Assembly: GCA_964503275.1 (NCBI GenBank)
Contig: CAZCZO010000002.1
Location: forward strand, 22,262 to 86,261
DNA from: an uncultured Gemmatimonadaceae bacterium
Lineage (GTDB): Bacteria; Gemmatimonadota; Gemmatimonadetes; Gemmatimonadales; Gemmatimonadaceae
Direction of reading: 5' to 3'
Length of the DNA: 64,000 bases
The translations under genes and the position numbers were made by a program. Positions 9,062 to 18,740 of this stretch are shown piece by piece. How positions within the stretch are numbered: position 1 is the stretch's first letter; every line of letters starts with the position of its first letter. The notes below the pieces were generated by a model that was not told where the DNA came from, did not search any database, and saw only the letters and a program-made list of their open reading frames with translations.

Positions 9062-9312
9062 TCCGGACGCGGCCCCAACGCCCGCTCTGCCACCTCCACC
9101 CCGTGGCGCTCTGCCATGCGGATCCAGTGGATCAATTGCTCGCTGGCGCCGGGGTGGCGATGCGCGATCCCCGCGCGGTGCATCTCGTCGACGAACCGCG
9201 ACATCGCGTCGATCAACCCCAACTTCTCCCACCCCGACATCCGCCCCCACAGCGCGAACTGCACGGCCTCGGCCTCGGGCGAGGTATCCATGGACAGCGG
9301 CTTCGGCTCCAT
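9058..9312 (-). CDS. Small alpha-helical hypothetical protein (84 aa), translationally coupled to the nucleotidyltransferase.
   Basis: MEPKPLSMDTSPEAEAVQFALWGRMSGWEKLGLIDAMSRFVDEMHRAGIAHRH... contains an Rx5H element (RFVDEMH). Preceded by a 44-bp AT-rich divergent region. Confidence 0.45.
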   Translation of the reverse strand: MEPKPLSMDTSPEAEAVQFALWGRMSGWEKLGLIDAMSRFVDEMHRAGIAHRHPGASEQLIHWIRMAERHGVEVAERALGPRPE

Positions 9313-9356
9313 CCCGTAAATATACCGAAATCGGCCCCGTGGCGATATTCCTCCGT

Positions 9357-11948
9357 ATGCACTCGACCCGACCACTGCTCCTCGCGCTGCTGCTCTCCGC
9401 CGCCTGCGGGCTCAGCAGCGACCCTGCCCCCGGCGTGTCGGCGGAACTGGCCGAGCATCGGGCGGCGACCATCAGCGACCTGCGCTACGAGCTACAGCTC
9501 ACCGTGCCGCCGCTGCGCAGCGCGCCGGTCTCTGGCACGGTCGCGATCCGCTTCACGTGGCGCGACACCTCGGGCGCGCCGCTGGTGCTGGATTTCCGCG
9601 GTGACACCAGCGCACTGACGCCGGTGGTGGTGAACCAGACGCCGCTGACGCCGCGCACGCCGAATGGGCATGTGGTGATCCCCGCGAGCGCGTTGCAGCA
9701 GGGCGAGAACCTCGTGACGCTGGCCTTCCGCGCCACCGACGACGCGCTGAACCGCCAGGACGACTTCCTCTACGCGCTGTTCGTGCCCGACCGCGCCGCC
9801 ACGGCCTTCCCGTCGTTCGATCAGCCGGACCTGAAGGCGCGCTACACGGTCAGCATCGACGCGCCGCCGGGCTGGCGGGCGATCAGCAATGGCGCGGTGC
9901 TCACGCGCGACAGCAGCGCTGCACGGGTGCGCACGACGCACGCGGAGACCCAGCCGATCCCCACCTACCTGTTCACGTTCGCGGCCGGCGTGTTCCAGGT
10001 GGACTCGGCGCAGCGCGACGGACGCTGGCTCACGATGTACCACCGCGAGACCGATGCCGCGAAGGTCGCACGCAATCGTGGGGCGATCTACGACCTGCAT
10101 GCCACCGCGCTGCGCTGGCTGGAGGCGTACACAGGCATCGCGTATCCGTTCGAGCACTTCGCGTTCCTGGCCGTGCCGAGTTTCCAGTTCGGCGGCATGG
10201 AGCACCCGGGCGCGGTGTGGTACCGGGCGTCGTCGCTGTTCCTCGAGGAGAGCGCGACGCAGCAGCAGTACCTGGGGCGGGCGAGCTTGATCGCGCACGA
10301 GACGGCGCACATGTGGTTCGGCGACCTCGTGACCATGCGGTGGTTCAACGACGTGTGGATGAAGGAGGTCTTCGCGAACTTCATGGCGGCGAAGATCGTC
10401 GAGCCGTCGTTCCCCGAGGTGGATCACCGGCTCCGCTTCTACCTCGCGCATCACCCGACGGCCTACGGGGTGGACCGCACGCTGGGGGCGAACCCGATCC
10501 GGCAGCCGCTGGAGAATCTGCGGCAGGCGGGGTCGCTGTACGGGGCGATCATCTACCAGAAGGCGCCGATCGTGATGCAGCAATTGGAGGCGCTGATCGG
10601 GGCGGACGCCATGCGCGAGGGGCTGCGTGCCTATCTGGCGCAGCATCGCTACGGCAATGCGACCTGGTCGGATCTGGTGGACGTGCTCGACGCGCGGACG
10701 CCGATGGATGTGCGCGCGTGGAGCCGCGCGTGGGTGGAGGAGGCCTGGCGCCCACAGATCGAGGCGACCTGGCGGGCCGGCGAGCTCCTTGTCACGCAGC
10801 GCGATCCGCGGCCCGACCGCGGACTGCGGTGGACGCAGACGATGACGGTGGCGGTCGGCACTGCGACCGGCGTGGACAGCGTGCGCGTGGAACTGCAGGG
10901 CGACATGACGCGCCTCGCGATGGCCGAGCGGCCGACGTGGATCCTGCCCGGCGCGGACGGGCTCAGTTACGGTCGCATGCAGCTCGATGCCGCCAGCCGC
11001 GACGCGCTGCTCCGCGCGGCACCCGGACTGCCCTCGGCGATGTTGCGGGCGACGGCCTACCATGCGCTGTGGGAGTCCGTGCTGGCGGGGACGACGGCGC
11101 CGCGGGAGCATCTCACGTTGCTGCTTCGCGCCGTACCGAGCGAGCCCGAGGAGTTGATCTCGGCGCAGCTGCTGGGGCAGTTGCGTCTGGTGTACTGGGG
11201 CTATCTGCCCGACAGCGCGCGCGTCGCCGCCGCGCCCGCCGTGGAGGCGATGCTCAGCGATGCGCTCGCCGCCGCGACGACCGTGAGCCGCAAGAGTGCG
11301 CTCTGGGCCACCTTCGTGGGGGTCGCCCGCACGCCCAGCGCGGTGGCGCGCCTGCAGCGCGTGTGGCGTGGCGCGGAGACCGTCCGGGGACTGGTGCTGG
11401 CCGAGCCGCAGATGACGGCGTTGGCCGAGGCCTTGGCGCTGCGTGAGGTGGCGGGCGCGGATTCCATTTGGACCGTGCAGCGCGGGCGCATCACCAACCC
11501 CGACCGGAGGGCGCGCTTCGACTTCGTACGGCGGGCGTATGTCGCGGACCCTGCACAGCGCGATTCGCTGGTGGCGAGCTTCGCCGACGTCGCGCAGCGG
11601 GGCCGCGAGAGCTGGGTGCTGGACGCCCTCGGCGCGGCGGCGCACCCGCTGCGGGCGTCGCACGCGGAGCGCTACGTGCTGCCGGGCCTGCAGTTGGTCG
11701 AGGAGATCCAGCAGACCGGCGACATCTTCTTCCCCCTGAGCTGGCTCAATGCCCTGCTGGCCGGGCAGCAGTCGGTCGCGTCGGCGGAGGCGGTGGTACA
11801 GTATCTGGACCGCACGCCCGACCTGCCGCCGCGGCTGCGGGGCAAGGTCCTGCAGGCGGCGGACGATGTGTTCCGGGCGGCGCGGATCGTCCACGGCTGG
11901 ACGGGCGGGCCGCGCCTGGAGAGTGACCCGCCGGCTCAACGGCGCTGA
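9357..11948 (+). CDS. pepN: M1 family aminopeptidase (aminopeptidase N-like), lipoprotein.
   Basis: HETAHMWFGDLVTMRWFNDVWMKEVFANF is the HExxH-x18-E gluzincin motif. The N-terminal lipobox is LLLSAACG. Start trimmed to MHSTRPLL (ATG 9357). Confidence 0.9.
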   Translation: MHSTRPLLLALLLSAACGLSSDPAPGVSAELAEHRAATISDLRYELQLTVPPLRSAPVSGTVAIRFTWRDTSGAPLVLDFRGDTSALTPVVVNQTPLTPRTPNGHVVIPASALQQGENLVTLAFRATDDALNRQDDFLYALFVPDRAATAFPSFDQPDLKARYTVSIDAPPGWRAISNGAVLTRDSSAARVRTTHAETQPIPTYLFTFAAGVFQVDSAQRDGRWLTMYHRETDAAKVARNRGAIYDLHATALRWLEAYTGIAYPFEHFAFLAVPSFQFGGMEHPGAVWYRASSLFLEESATQQQYLGRASLIAHETAHMWFGDLVTMRWFNDVWMKEVFANFMAAKIVEPSFPEVDHRLRFYLAHHPTAYGVDRTLGANPIRQPLENLRQAGSLYGAIIYQKAPIVMQQLEALIGADAMREGLRAYLAQHRYGNATWSDLVDVLDARTPMDVRAWSRAWVEEAWRPQIEATWRAGELLVTQRDPRPDRGLRWTQTMTVAVGTATGVDSVRVELQGDMTRLAMAERPTWILPGADGLSYGRMQLDAASRDALLRAAPGLPSAMLRATAYHALWESVLAGTTAPREHLTLLLRAVPSEPEELISAQLLGQLRLVYWGYLPDSARVAAAPAVEAMLSDALAAATTVSRKSALWATFVGVARTPSAVARLQRVWRGAETVRGLVLAEPQMTALAEALALREVAGADSIWTVQRGRITNPDRRARFDFVRRAYVADPAQRDSLVASFADVAQRGRESWVLDALGAAAHPLRASHAERYVLPGLQLVEEIQQTGDIFFPLSWLNALLAGQQSVASAEAVVQYLDRTPDLPPRLRGKVLQAADDVFRAARIVHGWTGGPRLESDPPAQRR

Positions 11949-11970
11949 CCCCGGCGCGTAGTATCTATCT

Positions 11971-11986
11971 GGGGCCGGGTGGCCCC
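11971..11986 (+). terminator. Short GC hairpin downstream of pepN.
   Basis: GGGGCC-GGGT-GGCCCC. The following T-tract is weak. Confidence 0.35.
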
Positions 11987-12018
11987 TTCACACCACGAAC
12001 CCTTCCGAGGGAGTCCTG

Positions 12019-14814
12019 ATGATGCGTGTTCGCCTGCGGCCGATGCTCGGCCTCTTTGCTCTGCTCACCCTGGCCAGCGGCGCGATGGAGTCGCTGCTCG
12101 CGCAACCGGTGGCGCAGGCCGTCAGCGCGGTGCGGCTGCGCGAGATCGGCCCGACGCGGCAGGGCGGGCGCTATGTGGAGTTCGCCGTGGTCGAGTCGAA
12201 TCCGCGGGTGTTCTACGCGGCGACGGCGACCGGGGGCCTGTGGAAGACGGTCAACAACGGCGTGACGTTCACGTCGGTGTTCGACGATCAGCCCGATATC
12301 GCGCTGGGCGCGGTGGCCGTGTCGCAGAGCAACCCCGACATCGTGTACGTGGGCACGGGCGAGGCGAACAACTCGCGCAGCACCTACGACGGCAAGGGCA
12401 TGTACAAGAGCACCGACGGCGGGCGCACGTGGCGCTCGATCGGGCTGCCGAACGCGGGCCGGATCGGCCGCATCGTGGTGCATCCGACGAACCCGAACAT
12501 CGTGCACGTGGCGGTGAGCGGGCGGCTCTACAGCGAGAATCCGGACCGCGGCATGTACCGCACGACGGACGGCGGGCAGACCTGGACCAAGACGCTGGAT
12601 CACAAGGTCGATGGGCGCGAGATCGGCGCGATCGATGTGGCGATGGACCCCAAGAACCCGCAGGTGCTGTATGCGGCGACCTACGACAAGGTGCGCAAGC
12701 CGTGGACCTTCGCCGAGGGCGGGCCGGGCAGTGCGCTGTGGAAGTCCACCAACGGGGGCAGCTCGTGGCAGCGCCTGAGCAGCGGTCTGCCGACGGGGAT
12801 GATCGGGCGGATCGGGATCTCGGTGTACCACAAGGACCCGAAGATCGTGTATGCGGTGGTCGAGAACGCGAACTCGGCGACGATGAACGCCGAGGAGCGT
12901 GCGCGGAAGATGCGCGAGGGCTTCGGCGATGGGTCGATCGGCGACGAGCTGTACCGCTCGGACGACGCGGGCGCGACGTGGAAGAAGGTCGCCCCGGTGC
13001 CGGCGGCCGGCGCGGCGGCCGGTGCGGGTGGCCGCGGCAATGCGGTGCCGGGCTGGACCGGCGGTGGCCCGCCGTACTGGTACGGGCAGATCCGTGTGGA
13101 CCCGAACGACGCGGACCACGTGTACCTGCTGAGCGTGTCGGTCACGCACACGACGGACGGCGGCAAGACCTGGTCGCGGGCCTTCGCGTTCGGGGGGGAC
13201 AATCACGCGCTGTGGATCAACCCCAAGGATAGCGATCACCTGATCCTCGGGCACGACCACGGGATGGGCGTGAGCTTCGACGCGGGCCGCAGCTGGCTGA
13301 GCCCGGACAACAAGCCGCTGGCGCAGTACTACGCGGTCGGCTACGACATGGAGCGTCCGTACAACGTGTACGGCGGGCTGCAGGACAACGGGTCGTTGCG
13401 CGGGCCCAGCACGCTCAAGAACGGGGGGTCGATCCCCTTCGAGGCGTGGTTCCGCGTGGGCGGCGGTGACGGGTTCTACAACGTGGTGGATCCCACGGAT
13501 TCGCGCTGGTTGTACAACGAGTCGCAGTTCGGTGCCATCCAGCGCATGGACCAGACGACGGGGCAGTCGCGCTCGATCCGCTACACGCGGCCGCAGGGCC
13601 AGCCGACGCTGCGCTGGAACTGGATGTCGCCGATCGTGATCTCGCCGCATGACCCGGCGACCATCTACCACGGCGCGAATGTGGTGGTGAAGTCCACCAA
13701 CCGTGGCGACACGTGGACGGAGATCAGCCCGGACCTCACGAAGAATCTGCCGGAGCGGCGCGACGGCTCGGGCAACATCCAGTACGCGACGATCACGACG
13801 CTGGAAGAGTCGGCGATCGTGCCGGGCCTGATGTGGGCCGGCACGGACGACGGCAATGTGCAGCTGACGCGCAACGGCGGTGCGGCGTGGACGGATGTCA
13901 CGGCGAAGATCACCGGCCACGTGGGCCACTGGGTGAGCCGCGTGATCGCGTCGCATCACAACGCGGGCACCGCCTACGTGACGGCGACGGGCTACCGCTC
14001 GGACGACTTCAAGCCCTACGTGTGGAAGACCACGGACTTCGGGAACACCTGGACGTCGATCGCCGGCAACCTGCCGAACGAGCCGATCAACGTGATCCGT
14101 GAGGACCGCAAGAACCCCAACTTGCTGTTCGTGGGCACCGACCTGGGGCTCTATGCCACGCTCGACGGCGGCCAGACCTGGCACCGCATGCGCAATGGCA
14201 TGACGACGAACCCGGTGCACGACCTGGCGATCCATCCGCGCGAGCAGGAGTTGATCGTGGGCACGCACGGCCGCGGCATCTACATCGCGGACATCAGCGG
14301 CTTGCAGGCGCTGACGCCGACGGTGCTGGCGCAGGACGCCGCGCTGGCGCCCATCGTGCCGACGGTGCAGTACAAGGGCGAGATGCGGCCGGTGACGGCG
14401 AACAACAACTACGACGGGCAGAGCCGGGCGCCCGGCGTGCACATCAACTACTACCTGAAGGCCGCGACGACGGGCGTGACGGTGCGCGTGTATGACGGCG
14501 TGCGGTTGATCGCCGAGACGGCGGGGCCGGGTGCCGCGGGCCTCAACTCGGTGCGCTGGACCATGCAGGCCTCGCGGGCGCGGATCGAGGGTGAGGCGGC
14601 CGGCGGTGGCGGGCGTGGTGGCTTCGGCGGTGGCGGAGGTGGCGGCGGCGGTCGCGGCGGTGCCCCGGGCGGGGGCGCGGCGCCGGTGCAGCCGGCCTTC
14701 CCCACGCCCTCGGGCGCGGCGGCGCTGTCGACGGTGCCCCCGGGCGAGTACCGGGTTGTGCTGGTCGTGGGCGGCAAGGAATACACCCAGAGCGCGCTGG
14801 TGATCGCCGAGTAG
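12019..14814 (+). CDS. BNR/Asp-box repeat, sortilin/VPS10-like glycosyl-hydrolase-like secreted protein.
   Basis: Multiple Asp-box motifs (STDGGRTW, TTDGGQTW, STNGGSSW, SDDAGATW, TTDGGKTW, STNRGDTW). Signal peptide present. A GGAGG RBS precedes ATGATG 12019. The C-terminus has a Gly-rich tract. Confidence 0.85.
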   Translation: MMRVRLRPMLGLFALLTLASGAMESLLAQPVAQAVSAVRLREIGPTRQGGRYVEFAVVESNPRVFYAATATGGLWKTVNNGVTFTSVFDDQPDIALGAVAVSQSNPDIVYVGTGEANNSRSTYDGKGMYKSTDGGRTWRSIGLPNAGRIGRIVVHPTNPNIVHVAVSGRLYSENPDRGMYRTTDGGQTWTKTLDHKVDGREIGAIDVAMDPKNPQVLYAATYDKVRKPWTFAEGGPGSALWKSTNGGSSWQRLSSGLPTGMIGRIGISVYHKDPKIVYAVVENANSATMNAEERARKMREGFGDGSIGDELYRSDDAGATWKKVAPVPAAGAAAGAGGRGNAVPGWTGGGPPYWYGQIRVDPNDADHVYLLSVSVTHTTDGGKTWSRAFAFGGDNHALWINPKDSDHLILGHDHGMGVSFDAGRSWLSPDNKPLAQYYAVGYDMERPYNVYGGLQDNGSLRGPSTLKNGGSIPFEAWFRVGGGDGFYNVVDPTDSRWLYNESQFGAIQRMDQTTGQSRSIRYTRPQGQPTLRWNWMSPIVISPHDPATIYHGANVVVKSTNRGDTWTEISPDLTKNLPERRDGSGNIQYATITTLEESAIVPGLMWAGTDDGNVQLTRNGGAAWTDVTAKITGHVGHWVSRVIASHHNAGTAYVTATGYRSDDFKPYVWKTTDFGNTWTSIAGNLPNEPINVIREDRKNPNLLFVGTDLGLYATLDGGQTWHRMRNGMTTNPVHDLAIHPREQELIVGTHGRGIYIADISGLQALTPTVLAQDAALAPIVPTVQYKGEMRPVTANNNYDGQSRAPGVHINYYLKAATTGVTVRVYDGVRLIAETAGPGAAGLNSVRWTMQASRARIEGEAAGGGGRGGFGGGGGGGGGRGGAPGGGAAPVQPAFPTPSGAAALSTVPPGEYRVVLVVGGKEYTQSALVIAE

Positions 14815-14836
14815 CACATCGGCGCTCCAGGAGGGG

Positions 14837-16189
14837 ATGTGGCGCGGGGGCTCCGGTCCTCGCGCCACATCGCGCTTTCGCGCCTGTGCGCGGGGCACGA
14901 TACTTGAAGGACCTCTCATCGCTGGCGGTGTCTGCGTGCGTGCATGGCTGCTGGTCCCGTCGCTGCTGCTGTGTCTGGCGTCGTCCGTGGCCGCACAGGT
15001 CCGTGAGGTGCCGGTGGCCTTCGATGCGGCCGGCCGGGTGCGGGTGGTGACGCCCGCGCTGGTGCAGCGCTTGTCGTTGACGCCACCGGCGTGGCCGGTG
15101 ACGGGCGTGTTCGCGGAGGCGCGGCTCTTCGCGTCGGGCGACACCTTCGTCCTCGCGGTGCAGCGGTCCGACGGCAGCGTCGACCGCTATGCGCTGGACA
15201 TGGCGCAGCGGCAGGCGCTGGACGCCGCGATCAGCACCGCGATGGCGGCGACCGGCCGACCGGTGACGGAGGACCGCCCCTACGACATCTCGGAGCCCGC
15301 ACGCGGGGCGTTCCTGCGCAACCAGATGATCCTCTCAGCGGCGCTGTACATGCCGCTGGCCGCGACGCTCTCCGGCGACGGCAAGGCGGGGGCGGTGATC
15401 TGGACGCTGGGCACGGGGGCGTCGTACTTCGTGTTGTCGGCCATCACCAAGAATCAGAGCATCACGCGGGCGCAGAACCATCTGTCGACCGACGGGGCGC
15501 TTCGCGGACTGGCGATGTCCTCGGCGTTGCTGACGGTGGCGCAGAGCGATGCGAGTGACGATGCCTACGTGGCGACCTCGTTGGTGGGGGCGCTGGGTGG
15601 CGCGGTGCTCGGGACGTCGCTGGGTCGCAAGTGGACCGACGGCGAGGCGCATGCCGCGACGGGCGCGTCGACGCTCGGCGCGCTCACGACGCTGGGCACG
15701 CTGGGGGCGGTGGGTGCGATCAAGGACAACGAGGATAACGGGCGCCTGGTCGCGGGGTCGATGCTCGCCAGCGGCGTCGCGGGCTATGCGCTGGGCGTGA
15801 AGTACCCGCGGATCGCGCCCTACCGGGTGACCAGTGGCGATGTCGATGCGCTGTACATCACCACGGCGATCGGCGTGCTCGCGGGTGCGATCCCGCACTT
15901 CAAGAACGACCCGGACGAGCGGGCCTTGGCCGCGTCGCTGACCGGCGGTGGGCTGGCCGGCCTGTTGCTCGGCGAGCGGCTGCTGGCGCGGCGCTTCGAC
16001 CACAGCGAGGCGGACACCTGGCGGCTGTGGCTGGGCGCGATCGGCGGTGGCCTGATGGGGGCCGGAGTGGGTATCCTTGCAGAGTCGAACGCAACGGTCG
16101 GGGTGAGTCTCACGACGGTCGGTGCCTCGGCTGGTGTGTGGCTGGCGCATCGATTGATCAGCCCCGAACGCGCATCCTCCAAACGTTGA
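14837..16189 (+). CDS. Hypothetical secreted/membrane protein with Gly/Ala-rich hydrophobic repeats.
   Basis: ATG 14837 is preceded by AGGAGG. The signal-like segment VRAWLLVPSLLLCLASSVAAQ begins at the alternative GTG 14936. Several TM-like G/A-rich segments follow. Confidence 0.5.
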   Translation: MWRGGSGPRATSRFRACARGTILEGPLIAGGVCVRAWLLVPSLLLCLASSVAAQVREVPVAFDAAGRVRVVTPALVQRLSLTPPAWPVTGVFAEARLFASGDTFVLAVQRSDGSVDRYALDMAQRQALDAAISTAMAATGRPVTEDRPYDISEPARGAFLRNQMILSAALYMPLAATLSGDGKAGAVIWTLGTGASYFVLSAITKNQSITRAQNHLSTDGALRGLAMSSALLTVAQSDASDDAYVATSLVGALGGAVLGTSLGRKWTDGEAHAATGASTLGALTTLGTLGAVGAIKDNEDNGRLVAGSMLASGVAGYALGVKYPRIAPYRVTSGDVDALYITTAIGVLAGAIPHFKNDPDERALAASLTGGGLAGLLLGERLLARRFDHSEADTWRLWLGAIGGGLMGAGVGILAESNATVGVSLTTVGASAGVWLAHRLISPERASSKR

Positions 16190-16193
16190 CCTC

Positions 16194-17951
16194 ATGCTCC
16201 TGACGTTGCTTGCCGCGACCGCGCTCGCGGCCGCCCCACCGGTCGCGCCGTCCGTTCCGTCGTCGTCGTCGCCGCCGGTGGTGGACTTCCAGTTCACGGA
16301 CATCGACGGCAAGACGGAGTGGTTGTCCGACCTGCCGCCCGCGAAGGCCTACATGATCGTGATGCGCGAGGTGGGCTGTCCCATCTCGGGCAAGTATGCG
16401 CCCAAGGCCGCGCGTCTCGCGAAGGACTATGCCTCGAAGGGCGTGGCCGTGCTCTACCTCAACGTGAATCCGACGAACACCATCGCGCAGATCCGCAGCG
16501 ATGAGATCGGGCGGCACGGCTTCACGGGGCGCTACATCCACGATCCGGAGCAGCGCATCGGGCGCATCCTCGGGGTGCGGTCCACGGGCGAGGTGTTCGT
16601 GCTCGACAAGGACCGCCGCTTGCAGTTCCGCGGGCCGGTGGATGATCAGCATGGCATCACAGTGTCGCGGCCGCGGGTGCAGCGCGAGTACCTGACCGAC
16701 GCCCTCGACGCCGTGCTCGCGGGCCGCGCGCCGCGGGAGGCGGAGGTGACCGCCGAGGGCTGCCTGTTGGGGCTCGACAAGGTGGCCCTGCTGCCGGCGG
16801 CGGTGACGTTCCACCGTGACGTCGCACCCATCGTCCAGAACAACTGCCAGACCTGTCACCGAGCCGACGGCATGGGGCCCTTCGCGCTGGAGACCTACGA
16901 GCAGGTGCACGCGAAGCGCACGATGATCTCGTACATGGTCAAGCAGGGCCTGATGCCGCCATGGTTCGCGCACAAGGATGTGGGCGAATGGTCCAACGAC
17001 CGGCGGCTACCGGAGCGGGATCTGCTGACGCTGCTGCGCTGGGTCGACGAGGGTGGTCCGCGCGGGGACGTGGCCGATGCACCGCCGCCGCGGACCTGGT
17101 CCACGGCGTGGAACATCGGCGAGCCCGACGCCGTGGTGCGCATGCCGCAGCCCTTCGCGATCCCGGCCGAGGGGGTGATCGACTATCAGGTGTTCTACGT
17201 GAAGACGGACTTCGACGAGGACAAGTGGATCACGGCGATGGAGATGCGGCCCAGCGCGCGGCAGCAGGTGCATCATGCGCTGGTGTTCATCGAGGAGCCG
17301 GGCGTGGCGCCGCGGCAGCAGCAGGGCGGCCTGCAGGGTTTCTTCGCGGCGTACGCCCCGGGCGCGGTGGGTGTCGCGTACCCCGAGGGGACCGCGAAGC
17401 GCTTGCCCAAGGGCGCGACGCTGAAGTTCCAGATGCACTACACCACGAACGGCGTGGCGACGTTCGACCAGACCGAGCTGGGCTTCGTGTTCGCGGATGC
17501 GCCGCCACCGCAGCAGGTGCAGACGTCCACGGCGGTGAACGTGCGCTTCGAGATCCCGCCGGGTGCGCCCAACTACGAGGTGGTGGGCGAGCGCCGACTC
17601 CCGGTGGCGGGCACGCTGCTGAACTTCTTTCCGCATATGCACGTGCGCGGCAAGGCATTCCGCATGGAGCTGGTGCTGCCCGACGGGACGGTGCAGCGCC
17701 TGCTCGAGGTGCCGCGCTACGACTTCAACTGGCAGTTGGCCTATGTGCTGAAGACGCCGATCGAGGTGGCAGCAGGTACCATCGTGCGGGCGACCGCGTG
17801 GTATGACAACAGTCCGGGGAACCCTGCGAATCCCGACCCGACGGCGACGGTGAAGTTCGGCGAGCAGAGTTGGGACGAGATGATGATCGGATACTTCGAT
17901 TGGTTGCCGCGGCGGCCGGCCACTCCGCCGCCACCGCCTGCGGGTCGCTGA
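16194..17951 (+). CDS. Three-domain protein: thioredoxin-like (redoxin), cytochrome c (CxxCH), and a copper type-II monooxygenase-like C-terminal domain.
   Basis: N-terminal redoxin-like region (VGCPISGKYAPK). A CQTCH heme-binding motif lies mid-protein. The C-terminal region has His-rich motifs (QQVHHALVF, FPHMHVRGKAF) typical of Cu2 monooxygenase-like folds. Confidence 0.75.
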   Translation: MLLTLLAATALAAAPPVAPSVPSSSSPPVVDFQFTDIDGKTEWLSDLPPAKAYMIVMREVGCPISGKYAPKAARLAKDYASKGVAVLYLNVNPTNTIAQIRSDEIGRHGFTGRYIHDPEQRIGRILGVRSTGEVFVLDKDRRLQFRGPVDDQHGITVSRPRVQREYLTDALDAVLAGRAPREAEVTAEGCLLGLDKVALLPAAVTFHRDVAPIVQNNCQTCHRADGMGPFALETYEQVHAKRTMISYMVKQGLMPPWFAHKDVGEWSNDRRLPERDLLTLLRWVDEGGPRGDVADAPPPRTWSTAWNIGEPDAVVRMPQPFAIPAEGVIDYQVFYVKTDFDEDKWITAMEMRPSARQQVHHALVFIEEPGVAPRQQQGGLQGFFAAYAPGAVGVAYPEGTAKRLPKGATLKFQMHYTTNGVATFDQTELGFVFADAPPPQQVQTSTAVNVRFEIPPGAPNYEVVGERRLPVAGTLLNFFPHMHVRGKAFRMELVLPDGTVQRLLEVPRYDFNWQLAYVLKTPIEVAAGTIVRATAWYDNSPGNPANPDPTATVKFGEQSWDEMMIGYFDWLPRRPATPPPPPAGR

Positions 17952-17971
17952 GGTCGGCGCGCCCGCGATGC

Positions 17972-18006
17972 AGAACGCCCCGCCGAGCAGCGCTCGGCGG
18001 GGCGTT
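17972..18006. terminator. Bidirectional intrinsic terminator-like hairpin between convergent genes.
   Basis: GAACGCCCCGCCGA-GCAGCGC-TCGGCGGGGCGTTC, a perfect 14-bp stem. Confidence 0.5.
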
Positions 18007-18028
18007 CGTGGTGTTCGAGCCTTCGAGT

Positions 18029-18634
18029 CTAGATGGTCTCGTTGACCGCGACACCGCACATGGTGCCGCTCACCGTGCCCGCGCCCGCCATGTTCAGATT
18101 GATCGTGATATCGGCGGCGCAGGAACCCGACGAGCCGTCGGAGCTGTAGCGGAAGCCGCCCGTGATGGTGCCACCGAACGAGCTCCCGGTGCCGGATACG
18201 TTGGAGTTGAACTTGATGCGGAGATTCGGTGCACCGTTGAACGTCCAGATGCGGCCCGACTCGGACGCCGCCTTGCAGTTGTTGTGCGTCTGGCGGAGGT
18301 CAACGCTGACCGAGCCAGCGCTCTGGCCCGTCGTGTTGTACGACACCGTGCCGGCGAGCTTCTGGTTACCGCCGTTGGGGCAGGGCGTCGTCTCGCTGAT
18401 CGACTGGCTCCCGCTCTGCAGCGCCAAGCCGGCCGGGAGTTCGACCTCGCCACCGAACAGGCCACCGCCGATGAAGCCGATCGCTGACAGCGCGGAAAGC
18501 GCGTCCGCCACCTCCTCGGCAGACAGGTCACCCGTGTTGGACGGGCCCGAGGGCTCATCGTCGCCGCCGCACGCGGCGATGCTGAACGAGAGCGCGGCGA
18601 GCAGGGCGATGGGACGGGAACGAACGAACGACAT
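18029..18634 (-). CDS. Hypothetical lipoprotein.
   Basis: MSFVRSRPIALLAALSFSIAACGGDD shows a lipobox. Gly/Ser/Thr-rich. Confidence 0.55.
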   Translation of the reverse strand: MSFVRSRPIALLAALSFSIAACGGDDEPSGPSNTGDLSAEEVADALSALSAIGFIGGGLFGGEVELPAGLALQSGSQSISETTPCPNGGNQKLAGTVSYNTTGQSAGSVSVDLRQTHNNCKAASESGRIWTFNGAPNLRIKFNSNVSGTGSSFGGTITGGFRYSSDGSSGSCAADITINLNMAGAGTVSGTMCGVAVNETI

Positions 18635-18740
18635 CGTGTGGGCTCCTTGCAGATGGCCAAGTGGTGGATCCATCCGGGAAACTCCGGATGAACAGCACGA
18701 CGATACCGCTTTGAAAAGATTCGTGCAAGCGTCAGAGAAA

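Noticed and set aside
8453-9472. 339-aa ORF.
   Set aside because: The N-terminal 137 residues are Arg/Gly-rich nonsense overlapping the small upstream ORF in another frame. The real start is MTLSGPL at 9061.
11949-12018. GCGTAGTATCTA 12-mer shared with the blaI promoter as a mobile-element end.
   Set aside because: There are only two copies and no flanking inverted repeats or target duplications. It is more simply explained as a similar -10 region (TAGTAT).
11965-15144. 1059-aa minus-strand ORF, with similar giant ORFs at 9492..11939 (-), 7040..9319 (+), 44347..46602 (+), 59614..62721 (-) and 54809..56767 (-).
   Set aside because: Arg/Pro/Ala/Gly-rich low-complexity translations antisense to well-supported genes (pepN, BNR, TamB and others). 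These are typical shadow ORFs in 70% GC DNA. Only the C-terminal tails of 44347..46602 (YbjQ) and 54809..56767 (PduO) are real.
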